A DNA stretch of 64,000 nt. Origin: Hemiscyllium ocellatum. Its lineage: Eukaryota. The notes under the pieces are model-generated. The model was not told where the DNA came from. It worked only from the letters and a program-made list of their open reading frames with translations, and did not search any database. The position numbers and the translations under genes are program-made. The stretch covers positions 97,950,748 to 98,014,747 of the forward strand of contig NC_083407.1 in assembly GCF_020745735.1 (NCBI RefSeq), written 5' to 3'. Position 1 is the first letter of the stretch, and every line of letters begins with the position of its first letter. Positions 27,110 through 38,859 of this stretch are shown here, piece after piece.

Positions 27110-27650
27110 GAGGGGCATGACTTGGTATTTGAAGAGTCTGTGTTGGAGGGGATGAGGTATAAAGGGACAAGAACGAGCAGAGGATGGGGAGGGATGAGAA
27201 TGAGGGTTGGGGATATATAAAGGGATGGTGGATATATGAGGGATGTGGATATAGGAGTGGGGGTATATGAGAGATATGGATATATAAGGGTGAGGGTATT
27301 TGAAGGAAGGGGAGGGAAGAGAACATATGATGGTATATAAGGGAAGGGATTGGGGTATATAAGGGAAGGGGATGTGGATAGAGGATTGGGATTATGTGAG
27401 AGATGGGAATGCTGATACAGGAGGGTTGGAGATATAGAAGGGATGAAGGTATATGAGGGAAGAGGATGTGGATATAGAAGGGTTGGGGATATATAATGGG
27501 ATTGGGGTATATGAGGGAAGGAGATGTGGATAGAGGAGGATTGGGGTTATATGAGAGATAGGAATGCAGATACAGGAGGGTTGGGGAAATAGAAGGGATG
27601 AGTGAAGGGGATGTGGATACAGGAGGGTTGGGAGTATGTAAAGGATGGAG
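27110..27650. repeat. Degenerate purine-rich tandem/low-complexity repeat
   Basis: Recurrent GGATGTGGATAT/AGGAGGGTTGG units with almost no C on +. Confidence 0.8.
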
Positions 27651-27759
27651 ATGTGCCACATACTGTATGTGGATGGGAATTCTGTGTGGGATGACAGTGA
27701 GGCATGGTGTTTAGGAAATACCGCAATGAAGACCGTTCCGAGGGAGAGGAGATGTTTTT

Positions 27760-27951
27760 TACGGTGTTCCTGCGCTCCGTTCAGACAGTCCGGCCCCCAG
27801 CCCTCCCGCCCAGAGCCTGCTGTCAGAGAGCGGCGCTGAGCAGGAGGAGGGGGCACGGGGTCTGGCTCCCGGCCCCGGCCCTGGCCCGGATCATAACGCG
27901 ATGCTTTCACTTTCACTTTCTCCAGGGGACGAGAACTGGTGATCGGGGCAG
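27760..27951 (+). promoter_or_regulatory. CFLAR CpG promoter / putative non-coding exon 1 with IRF-E/ISRE motif
   Basis: CpG cluster. CTTTCACTTTCACTTTC at 27904-27920. Candidate donor CAG|GTGGGT after 27951. The next exon has an acceptor at 32857. Confidence 0.6.
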
Positions 27952-28004
27952 GTGGGTGTGTGAGGCCCGGAATCCGGCCCGCGATTAACCACTACCGCAG
28001 GAGG

Positions 28005-28142
28005 AGGGCCTGGGGACTGGGCCCGGGGCTGGAACAGAGGCCTGGGGACTGGGCCCGGGGCTGGAACTGGAAGAGAGGCCGGGGACTGAGCCTGGGCCCG
28101 GGGCTGGAACAGGGGTCTGGGCCTGGGCCCGGGCCCAGGGTT
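28005..28142. repeat. GC-rich degenerate tandem repeat (about 32-38 bp unit)
   Basis: GGCCTGGGGACTGGGCCCGGGGCTGGAAC repeated 3-4 times. Confidence 0.8.
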
Positions 28143-28906
28143 GGAGGAAAGCCTGGAGCTGGAGGAGAGGCTGGATGTTTGGATACCCCACCCCCACACC
28201 AGGAGATGACGGTGTTAAATTGATCAAGGTGTTGATGGTTAGAACTTGTGGCAGAGCACAGAGGGTGACACCATAAAATTAAGAGTGTCAGGGAAAGGAG
28301 GTGGATGGTGGTACAGCACAGAATAGAGGGGCTGAAAGGCCTCCTCCATACCTGGCAATACTGGAAGCAGATCAGTAATAATGAAAGCAACGAGGAGAGT
28401 ATAGTTTGAGACTACACTGACAAATCCCAAAGGGACAAATGGCCTAGGTTGCAAGACAGTTGGTGTCAGAGACATGTCAGCCTTCAGACCTGTTGATTTT
28501 CTTTCTGCTGTTTCTCTAGTGACATTGTTTATTTTCAGTTTCTCCCTCTTGCCCCTTGATTCTCTACTATTGTTGGGATGCTGTCTTCAGCTGCTTCATC
28601 AGCAAATTTTCCTCCATTGTAAATATCAAAAGTGGGGATGTCTGCCCGTGACTGCATAATCTTTAGCACCATTCAAGACTTCTGAAATACTGAAGCAGTA
28701 CACGATCAAATGCAGCACAAACTAGGCAAGATTCGGGTTTTGGGATGAAAAGTTGCGAATAACATTTGAAATAGATAAGTGCCAGGCAATGACCATTTCC
28801 AGCAAGAGAGAATCTAACCGTTGTGCCTTGACATTGCAATGGTATCACCATCAGTGACACCCCCATTACCAAGTTCCTGGATGTTACCATTCCAGAAATT
28901 GAAGAA

Positions 28907-29878
28907 TCAGTGATGTGTCCACCACTTTTCGTCGTTTATATAAATGATTTGGATGTGGATATAGTAGGTTTGCAGATGACACCAAAATTGGAGGTGTAGT
29001 GGGCAACAAAGAAGGTTACCTCAGAGTGCAATGGGATTTTGATTAAATGGGCCAATGGGCCGAGGAGTGGCAGATGGAATTTAAGTTAGATAAATGTGAG
29101 GTGCTTCATTTTGGAAAGGCAAATCAGGGCAGGACTCATACATTTAATGGTAAATTCCTGGGGAGTGTTGCTGAACAAGGACACCTTGGGGTAGAGGTTC
29201 ATAGTTTCTTGAAACTGGAGTCGCAGGTAGTTACGATAGTGAAGAAAACGTTTGGTATGCTTGTCTTTATTGGTCAGAGCATTGAGTATAGGAGTTAGGA
29301 GATCATGTTGTGCCTGTGCAAAACATTGGTTAGACCACTTTTAGAATATTGTGTGCAGTTCTGGTCTCCTTCCTATCGGAAGGATGTTGTGAAACTTGAA
29401 AGGGTTCAGAAAAGATTTACAAGGATGGTGCAGAGTTGGAGGGTTTGAGTTATAGGGCGACGCTGAATAGGCTGGGGCTGTTTTACTTGAGGTGTCATAG
29501 GTTGAGCGGTAACCTTATAGACGTTTATAAAGTCATGAGGGGCATGGATAGGGCAAATACACAAGGTCTTTTCTCAGGGGTGGGGGAGTCCAGAACTGGA
29601 GGCCAAAAGTTTAGAGCAAGAGGGGAAAGATATAAAAGAGACCTAAAGGGCAACTTTTTAATGCAGAAGGTGGTGCATGTATGGAATGAGTTGCCAGAGG
29701 AAGTGATGGAGGCTAGTACAATAACAACATTTAAAAGGTATCGAGATGGGCATATGAATAGAAAGGGTTTAGAGGGATGTGGGCCATGTGCTGGCAAATG
29801 GGATTAGATTAAATTAGGATATCTGGTCGGCATGGACTGAAGGGTCTGTTTCCATGCCGTACATTTCTATGATCCTAT
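28907..29878 (+). mobile_element. CR1 LINE 3' fragment
   Basis: FADD region, QWAEEWQMEF..KCEVLHFG and WNELPEEV, followed by the CR1 3'UTR. Confidence 0.9.
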
Positions 29879-30604
29879 ATAAGTACGGTGGCTACAAGAG
29901 CAGGTCAGAGGCTAGGAATCTTACAGTGAGCTACCTGATTCTCAGAAGCCGATCCACCATCTACAAGGCATAAGTTAAAAACGTGATGCAATATTCCCCA
30001 CTTGTCTGGATGACTGAATTTCCAACTCAAGAAGCTTGACCCCATCTAGGACAAAGCAGCCTGCTTGATTGGCACCACGTTCACGAAAATCCATTCCCTT
30101 TATCAGCAATGCTCAGTAGCAGTAGTGTGCACCATCTATAAGAGGTACTGCAGAAATCTACCAAGACTCCTTGGACAACACTTGCGAAACCTACAGCCAC
30201 TACCATCTAGAAGGAGAAGTGCAGCAGATATATGGGAACACATCTTTGCTTATTCCCCTCTAGGCTATTCATCATCCTGATTTGGAAATATATTGCCATT
30301 CCTTTATTGTCGTGGGGTCACAGCTCTTGAATTTCTTCCGTTATGACATTGAGCAAATACCTACAGGACAAGGACTGCACCATCAAATTCTCAAGGCAAC
30401 TTGGAATGAGCTGTAAATGATGGCCCAGCTAGCAACACCTACACCATGTGAATTAATAAAAAAACTCTTTGATTGTCTTCTACTATGAAGACATATAGTT
30501 TACTTGTTATGAAGGAAGAAGCTTATGGCAATGGATTTAGATGAGAAATATAGGAAGAGGTTTGAGTGGAGCCATAAACATTGGCATCACTGGTTCGACC
30601 AAAC

Positions 30605-31269
30605 AGTAGAGTCACAGGTAGATAGGATAATGAAGAAGATGTTTGGTATGCTTTCTTTTATTGGTCAGAGTTTTGAGTACAGGAGTTGGGAGGTCATGTT
30701 GCGGCTGTACAGGACATTGGTTAGGCCACTGTTGGAATATTGCGTGCAATTCTGGTCTCCTTCCTCTCAGGAAGATGTTGTGAAACTTGAAAGGGTTCAG
30801 AAAAGATTTGCAAGGACATTGCCAGGTTTGGAGGATTTGAGCTATAGAGAGAGGCTAAATAGGTTGGGGCTGTTTTCCCTGGAATGTCGGAGGTTGAGGG
30901 TTGATCTTATAGAGGTTTACAAAATTATGAGGGGCATGGATAGGGTAAATAGACAAAGCCTTTTCTCTGGGGCGGGAGAGTCCAGAACTAGAGGACATAG
31001 GTTTAGGGTGAGTGGGGAAAGATATAAAAGAGACCTAAGGGGCAACATTTTCTCTCAGAGGGTGGTACGTGTATGGAATGAGCTGCCAGAGGAAGTGGTG
31101 GAGGCTGGTACAATTGCAACATTTAAGAGGCATTTGGATGGGTATAAAAATAAGAAGGGTTTGGAGGGATATGGGCCGTGTGCTGGCAGGTGGGACTAGA
31201 TGGGTTGGGATATCTGGTCGGCATGGACAGTTTGGATCGAAGGGTCTGTTTCCATGTACTATGACTCTA
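30605..31269 (+). mobile_element. CR1 LINE 3' fragment
   Basis: Open frame LYRTLVRPLLEYCVQFWSP..RVVRVWNELP..FKRHLD, then a 3'UTR ending CTATGACTCTA. Confidence 0.92.
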
Positions 31270-32990
31270 ATTGGCCTATTAGTGCCATGTATCGTGTCTA
31301 CTGTTAATTATCTTGGGAGGTTGGGGTTCACGTGATGAGGATGGTAAGCATATGCTGCATAGAATGGGTTTAAGAAGACAGCAGAGAAATGGGAAATTTC
31401 AATTGCCAGAGTCTAAAATGTGCAGAGACTACAAGGTCAGCAGTGAGGTTGTGAACATCCTGGACCTTCCACACCATATGCTTCCCCCACGCTGCTCCCA
31501 GCAGTATAAACTGGTTGAGTAAAATCTCTCTTTGTTCTCCAGGCAATGGTTTCCCTTTGAACTGAGTATCAGACCCAAGATAGGTGGACCTACAATTTGT
31601 AGCAGATTCAAATGTGCAATGGCAGAGAAGACACTGTCACAGAAGCAGTGCTTCAGTGAGAATCCTTGAGCAGAATGCAGTTAAACATCAATACCAACAA
31701 GAAGTAGGGCAGCTGTAGGTTTGTCATAGTTCTGAGGAATGAGCTGAGATCAATTACTGAGTTATTGCTGAGAAAGCTGTTAGTGAGTGGAGGAGGAGCT
31801 GGGATAGATTTAAAATTGTAATAGATAGGATAACCACACATGATTATTGATGGGGACAAAACAAACCATCACCAAAATGGAGGAAAATCTAACTGTTTAA
31901 AAGTTAAGAACAAAACAGGAATGCTGTTATAGTGATAAGGATATTACGTTGAAATACAAATTGTGATAAGCAGTAGGCCATTTTGCCTCTATGGCCTCCT
32001 CCAATTTTCAGTAAAGTCTTGGTTGATCAGATTATGACTTCAACCCCAGTTTCGTTGATAACCTTAGATTCTGGACTAACAAGGGAGTCACTCTACCTCT
32101 GCATTAAAAGTGTTCAATAACTCTGTCTTTACTGTTCTGTAGGAATGTTCTCACTAGGGAGAGACAAGCTTTGGGAGAGGGGTAAGCATTTACTGAATCA
32201 GGGCAGAGGATAATTTGGGAGGAACAGAGATGTGGAGAGATGTAGGGAGTTAGCACATATTAGATTAGATTGAAGCAATACAAAATAGAGAGAAGGGAGA
32301 AAGATTGAACTGAACAATAGAACTTGGTTAAGTATTAATTAAATTTTAACTGTCTAATTTAGGACATGGTGAAGATTTCTCCACAGTGTTTGCATCAAGC
32401 ACTCCCAGGGCAAAAGGTGTGGGAGTTAGGTGCACAGTGAAGCTTGCTCTATAATGTCCATTAAATAGTCTAACCTAGAATCAAAAATCTTAATGAAGAG
32501 TATGAAAACATTTATGTATCCCCTTGCTAATGCTCTCCACCTTTGGTGCTCTCACTGGCTGGGGTCTGTAGCCATCATTCAACCTGCCGTACGTCACTCC
32601 AAATGACCATTATTCCTGACTGTGTTTCAGCAGTGTGAAATGTGAGTGAAGGCTTTGATGAGCTAGATGGCTGTGGGCTGTTGATATTGAACTGCAGCCA
32701 TGACTGAGGGGAGATGAGCAAGAACAATTTTAGAATGGAACCTACGACATTTCTCTTAAATCTAGAATTAGTTGTACAACACTTGCACAACATTTTGGTG
32801 TGATCGAAACCAAAAAGCATTAGTGATTAATTAATTCATATTTTTCTCCTTGTTTAGGTCTTTGTCAGAGTTTCGTTTCGTGCTGTAAAAGAGAAGTCAA
32901 TGGCGTCACCAGAGATGAGGTCACAGCACAATATTATAGGCTGGGGAAATCTCAGTTTTCTGTAAAGAATTCTTGGGGCTGCTGCCTTCA

Positions 32991-33304
32991 ATGTTCATCA
33001 ATATGTTCAAGCAAAATACTCCGGATATCAGACTACTGGCATTGCAAATAGCTGATAAACTGTCGAAGGATGAAAGTGCCACCTTAGTGTTTTTGTGCCT
33101 TGATATTCTGAAAGATTACTTAAATATTGGGGAAGTGAAAGAGCTGTTTGAGATCCTGTTCAAGCGGAACCTGCTGAGGATTGAGCTCCTAAATGAACTG
33201 CTTTATCGAATAAAGAGGTTTGATGTTCTGAAAGGATTGAAAGTTGACGTGAAGTGTTTGGAGAGACATTTGAACAGTGGTAAAGGATACGTATCTTCAT
33301 ACAG
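32991..33304 (+). CDS. CFLAR: c-FLIP coding exon 1 (DED1); exon starts at 32858, alternative ATG at 33003
   Basis: LQIADKLSKDE..LVFLCLD..ELLYRIKRFDVL..VSSYR. Acceptor tgtttag at 32857 and phase-2 donor AG|GTAAAA. Confidence 0.92.
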
Positions 33305-34649
33305 GTAAAAATCAATCTCTGTGTAATGGGATAGGGAGTATGAATTGCCTGTGATGGAAGTTTGGCTTCTCCAGTTCTTGCTCCCCAGATTTAGCAGACA
33401 ACATTCGGTAACAACTGAATGAAGCAATTTTTTGGCTTTAATCCATGACAGGGTGTGATAAATAACATCTAGTAAATCAGTATTGTAGCAAATCTTATTC
33501 CCCAGGCTATGGTACTAAAATGACCTTTGATATGTTTTGGCATCTCAATGTCACCTTATGTCAGCGGTGGGGCCTAAAATGTTATTGATGTTTTTTGATG
33601 GAGCATGGGACCAATTTGAGGGTCAGTCATTTCGTGAGAACAGAAATTGGCCATTCAGCCCCTTGAACTTTTTCTACCATTCATTTAAACCATGGCTGAT
33701 CTGTGTCTTGATACTTTCGACCTGCCTTCGTTCCTTATTCTTTATTTCTCTTGGTTAAGTTGATTCCCAGCTTTAAAAGCCTTTTTGGAAAATGCATTCC
33801 AGGTTTCTGCTACCCTTCATGTCAAGACGTGCTTCCCCTGAACACCCTGCCTCTAACTTTAACGTTTTTCCCCATTGCTCTGGATTTTCCCACCAAAGGA
33901 AATACGTTCTGTTTCTGTCTGTACTGTATTAACTCAAAGAAATGTGGCAACTCAAGGCAGCAGTAGGCCATTTGGTCCTTCAATCCTGCATCTGCCATTC
34001 AGTATACTCATGGCTGCCTTTCTGCAATTTTCCTGCTTTCTCCCTATACGCCTCGATGTCTTTAAAATCTTTAAAAAAAAATTTCTTGAATATATTCAGT
34101 GACTTGGTCTCCGCAACTCTGTGTGGTAGAGAATTCCACAGGTTCACTACTCTTTGCACCCTCATCTCAGTTTTAAGTGATCTATCCTGAGACTTAGTCC
34201 CCCAGCACTAGATTCCCCATAATGGGAAATCATCTTCCCTGCATCTCGTCAATCTAGTGTTTTAGAATTTTATCCAAATTTCACGTTTCAATTATCTAAG
34301 TTTCAATCAGATCCCATTTCACCCTTCTAAAGTTTAGTGATTCCAGGCCCAGTAAATCGTTCATTACTAATCTTTTTCTCTTCACATATTTATAGAAATT
34401 TTGCAGTCAATTTCTATGTTTCCTAAAATTTTAATCAGAAACTCTATTATCCCCTTCTTGACTAAACTACTCACCCTCTTTTGCTTTTTCTAAAATATTC
34501 CCAGTCCTCAAGCTTGTTGCTTTTTCTCACAGTTTTTGTGTCTCCTCAATGGATTTCATGTTATCCCCCATTTCTTTCATAAGCATTGTCTTTTTTCTAT
34601 TTTTGAATGAACAATTGTTGTAATTCAAAATTTTCTAATATTAGGATTA

Positions 34650-35346
34650 AATTTTATTGTCATTGTACTCAAGTACAGGGGTACAGGAATACAGTGAAAA
34701 GTTTACAATGTCATCATTCACAGCACCATCTTAGGTACCTAGGTACAAAATCTTAGGCAAAAAGTAGAAATGTAAAGATGTCAGTTAAAAGTTTAATATT
34801 GTAGTTCTTGTCAGTATAAGGTAGCCAATAAATAAAGTTAAAAGTCCCAAATTACACTCTGGCTTCAGTCATGGGCCTGCAGTTGCTCCATGCTGGGCTT
34901 TCCCTACGAGCGCTCGCTGTCTCAATTGCCATGCTGCAGTCTCTCTGTGCCTCTGTACTGCAGTCTCGACGCTGAACACCATCCTCTCTCTCCCACATTT
35001 GGCTCAATCTCTCAATCTCTGTGCCTCCGCGCTGCCATCTCGATGCTGACTGCCAGGCTGCTAGAGTCCCGCTCTGGTGCTGCTCTGGGCCCCCAGCCAT
35101 GTCTGCAACAACACCACCACCTGACAGAGTTCTGTCCGGGCACGCCAACCCACCTCGTGGCAGACCGCCAAAGTCCCCACTCTGGGCCCTCCATCGCTAC
35201 CACTGCCTCCATGACTGAGCTCCCTCCAGAAGATAAGTAGAGGGGGAAAAAAATCTTACGAGAAAAACAAACAAGAAAATAAGAAAGAAAAGGAATTGAA
35301 TAGATGAGCAGCAGCTCAGGAGCCCTACTGCACAGCCATCTTGGAT
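34650..35346 (-). mobile_element. Unclassified non-coding interspersed repeat
   Basis: Minus strand starts TCCAAGATGGCTG (YY1-like) and ends AATAAAAT. The 3' part is shared with 22185-22765. Confidence 0.5.
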
Positions 35347-36181
35347 TCATGTGCATGTTCTTTGCACATGAACCATTTCTTATAAACTGCCAATCCCTTT
35401 AATAAAGTTCCTCAATCCACCCCTGCCTAATCTTGCCTGATACCCTCGTCATTCCCTTTATGTACATTCAGGAATCTAGTTTTGGATTTGACTACTTTAT
35501 TCTCCATCTTAATGGAGTGATCATAACATGATAATTAAATGTTATCATGTTATGATCGCTCTTCCGTAAAGGACCCCACACAACAAGATTGTTAATTAAT
35601 TCTTTCTCACTGCATCGTACCTGGTCTGGAATAGCCTGTTCTCTGATTGGTTCATCAATATTTTGTCTAAAAGTGCCATCATGTACACACTCCAGGAAAC
35701 CTTCCTCCACGATGCCATTGTGAGGTTTGTTTGTCCAATGTATATTTAATTAAAATCACCCCCTGATTACAGTTTGCTGTTATTGCATGCACCTCTGATT
35801 TCTTATTTAACGCCTTCTCTTGCATCTCTATCAGTGTCTGTTGGCTGAACCCGCTAAATTCCTTTAATCATCTGAATCATTTTAGCTTGCTTATTCCTTA
35901 ATCCTCAATACTTGAGGGAGTATCAAGCTAGTCAATTCCAACCTGTACTTTCTGCAATGGTATCAGTCTGGTGAATGTGTGAGGCATCTCTTCTAAGGCC
36001 ATTATTGTATAGTGCTTGGATCTGAACACAGAACTCTGACTAAGATTATGTACATCTGTAGCCTCCATGACTTGAACACCCACATTCCATTAATTTTTGA
36101 ATTATTGCTTGGATTTAAAAGTCAATGCAATGCCTACACATTTAGGATAACTAACTGACTGTCTTTACCTTTATAACACAG

Positions 36182-36287
36182 GCAGTTGTTGACGGACATC
36201 AGCGAAAATCTCTGTCAAGAAGATTTGCAATCTATTTTGTTTTTATTAAGTTGCCAAGTACCAAAAGGCCACCAGGAAGCAATGAAG
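36182..36287 (+). CDS. CFLAR: c-FLIP coding exon 2 (DED2 N-half)
   Basis: QLLTDISENLCQEDLQSILFLL..PKGHQEAMK. AG/GT bounded, phase 2 to 0. Confidence 0.92.
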
Positions 36288-38164
36288 GTAATTACAATAT
36301 GTTAACCCTACTTTGTGTTCTGGGCTCAAGTCCATTGATTATGGATGCAGCCTGCAGGGAGGTTAAACTGGTGTATGTCAGCTCCACTATTGCAGTCAAA
36401 TGATGTAAACTGCAGCTTCCTTTCATTAACAAAACTGATGGATTTTTTAAAAAATTCCATAATCACAGGACAAGGGAGTGCAGCTCAGGAGCACTTAAAC
36501 ATCATTCCAAGTGGGGTCCCAGATGACCACAGTCGTAGTTACTGGATAGATGAGTACTGTAGCCATTTTGCTGCACAGTAAAAGAATATATTGCAATAAG
36601 TGGTTGTGTGGTCTGCATCACAGAAAGCTTTTGTTTTATTGACTAGCTTCCTAGATGGCAATGTTTGAAAAATCTTTGAAAAGGTATATGCACAACATTC
36701 ACCATGTTGTTATTTTCTATGTACCCCTCACTTTACTAACTTTATATTCTAGAATTAGATCCAGCATTTGCTTCCCCATTTGTTCGATTAAAAATATCTT
36801 GATCAAGTGAGCTACCTGAGCACAAATCCCTTCTTACAGTCCTTCAAACTTTCGCAGTCTCTTTTTTTCCCTTCAAACTAGTTTCTAAAATTAATATTGT
36901 AAGGATCTGGGCATCGCTGTCTTGTCAATGCCTATCACTAATTGCCCTCGAGAAGGTGATGGTGAGCTGCTTTCTTGAACTGCTGTCGTGCCAATGGAGT
37001 GCATACAGGGAGGAAATTCCAGGAATTTGATTCAGTGACAGTGAAGGAACAGCAATATAGTTCCAAGTCAATAAGGAACGTGCAGGTAGTGGTGTTCCCG
37101 TATTCCTGTTGTCCTTGTTCTTCCAGCAGGGGAATGTCATAGGTTCGGAAGGTGCTGTCAAAGGAGCCTTGTTGGGTTGCTGTAATACATCTTGTAGATG
37201 GTGCACATTACTCTCAATGAGTGTTGGACTGATTGTTTAAGGTGGGGTGCTAAACAAATGGGCTGCTTTGTCTTGAATTATGCATTGTAGGGATTCTATG
37301 GTGCAGGCATATGGTTTGAAGAAAATGTTGAGACAAAGTTATTTATTACATGGAAGGTGCAGCACAGAAATAAGCTATTCGGCTCAACCTCCATGCTAGT
37401 GTCTTTGCTTTATGTGCGTTTCCTCCCACCTTACTTCATTCTTGTCCTATCAGCATAATCCTCTCTCCCTTTCACTTTCATGTACTTAGATTACTTGAAT
37501 CGGGGACACTTTTTAAAGCACAAACTTTTAAAACGTGTCTTGGATGTAATGCGATTACATTGCCAACACTTTTAAGCACTGTTTCTAAAACGTGATTTTT
37601 CTATAATGCGGGATAGCACAAGAATGCAACCGTGGAGTTAAAAAAGAATTACCTGTTTACTATTTACCTCAATAATGGGAATCAGACTGTTCAAAAGAAC
37701 ATAAGAAAGACTGACTTTCTACAACAAATCCACTTTTTCACCCTGTTCTTATATCCCTTAATTCCTTTAATGCCCAAAAAATCTATCAGTCCCAATATTG
37801 AACATATTCATTGACTGAGCATCCATGACTCTCTGGGGAAGAGAATTCCAAGAAAAATGCCAATCCTCAGAGTGAAAAAGCCTCTCACTTCAGATCTAAA
37901 TGGTTCGCTTCGTATCTGAGACTGTGATATTCTCTTAGTTCCTACCTTGTCAGTCCATCTCAGAATTCTAATTGTTTCAATTAATTCCTCTGAACTCAAG
38001 AGAGTTTAGGCCTATTCTAGTTAACTTTTCCTAGTTATTTAACCTCTCCTACCAGGACTGCCCTCTCCTGTCGCAATTGAGTTATGTTTTTGAGCAGATT
38101 TCCTTCTGTCCTTCAGCCAGATTGGGATCTGTTACTGAGCTAACAAAGGCTTTTTATCTGTTAG

Positions 38165-38300
38165 ACCTTCCTAGATTTAATTGTCGAACTGGAGAAACTT
38201 GGCAAGATTGATGCAAATAATTTGGAATTGGTGGAAGATTGTCTAAAGAACATTGGGAGAATGGATCTGAGAAAGAGGGTCTCTAAATACAAACAAATGT
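38165..38300 (+). CDS. CFLAR: c-FLIP coding exon 3 (DED2 C-half)
   Basis: TFLDLIVELEKLGKIDANNLELVEDCLKNIGRMDLRKRVSKYKQ, containing the RxDL motif. Donor GTGAGT, phase 0 to 1. Confidence 0.93.
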
Positions 38301-38818
38301 GTGAGTATAAATAAGCAAAGGGGATTGGTAGACAATGTAGAAATGCACACAGGAGGGAGATTCAGGTTGTTATGGTTAGATGGAGTTAAAGTTTATTGCT
38401 GGTATTATAAAGGTTAAAGTAGTTATAGTTTATTTCAGGGGTTGGATTACTTAATCAGAGTTACAGTTCACTTCAGGAGTAGCTGATAAATCTAATTTGA
38501 AGTTTTAAGATGATAAAGCGGTGGATGAGAAAATATCAATGGATGTTCAGAAGATGCTGCTTCTTGAAGCTGAAGCTGGTGGGGTTGCTGGTGAATCATT
38601 GATCTGATTAGGAGAGACAGAGATTAGGGATAACGGAGCTATGAGTCCCGGTATCCTGTAAGAAACTTTATCCGATCTTTGTGCTAGGACTTCAACTAAT
38701 CACCATATTTATTACACAAGCGTCAAAAAACTACAAGGAGACATTGATTGCTTACATGAAACATCAATTAGATTTAAATGTACACAGTGGTTCTGTTCGC
38801 CGAGCTGGAAGTTCTTGT

Positions 38819-38859
38819 TGCAAACGTTTCGTCCCCTGGCTAGGAGACATCATCAGTGC
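38819..38859 (-). ncRNA. Minimal type I hammerhead ribozyme motif (left arm)
   Basis: Reverse complement of the motif at 45147-45187. Confidence 0.6.

Noticed and set aside
27093-28390. Pro/Ile/Tyr-rich and Pro/Gly-rich ORFs
   Set aside because: Products of low-complexity and GC-rich repeats.
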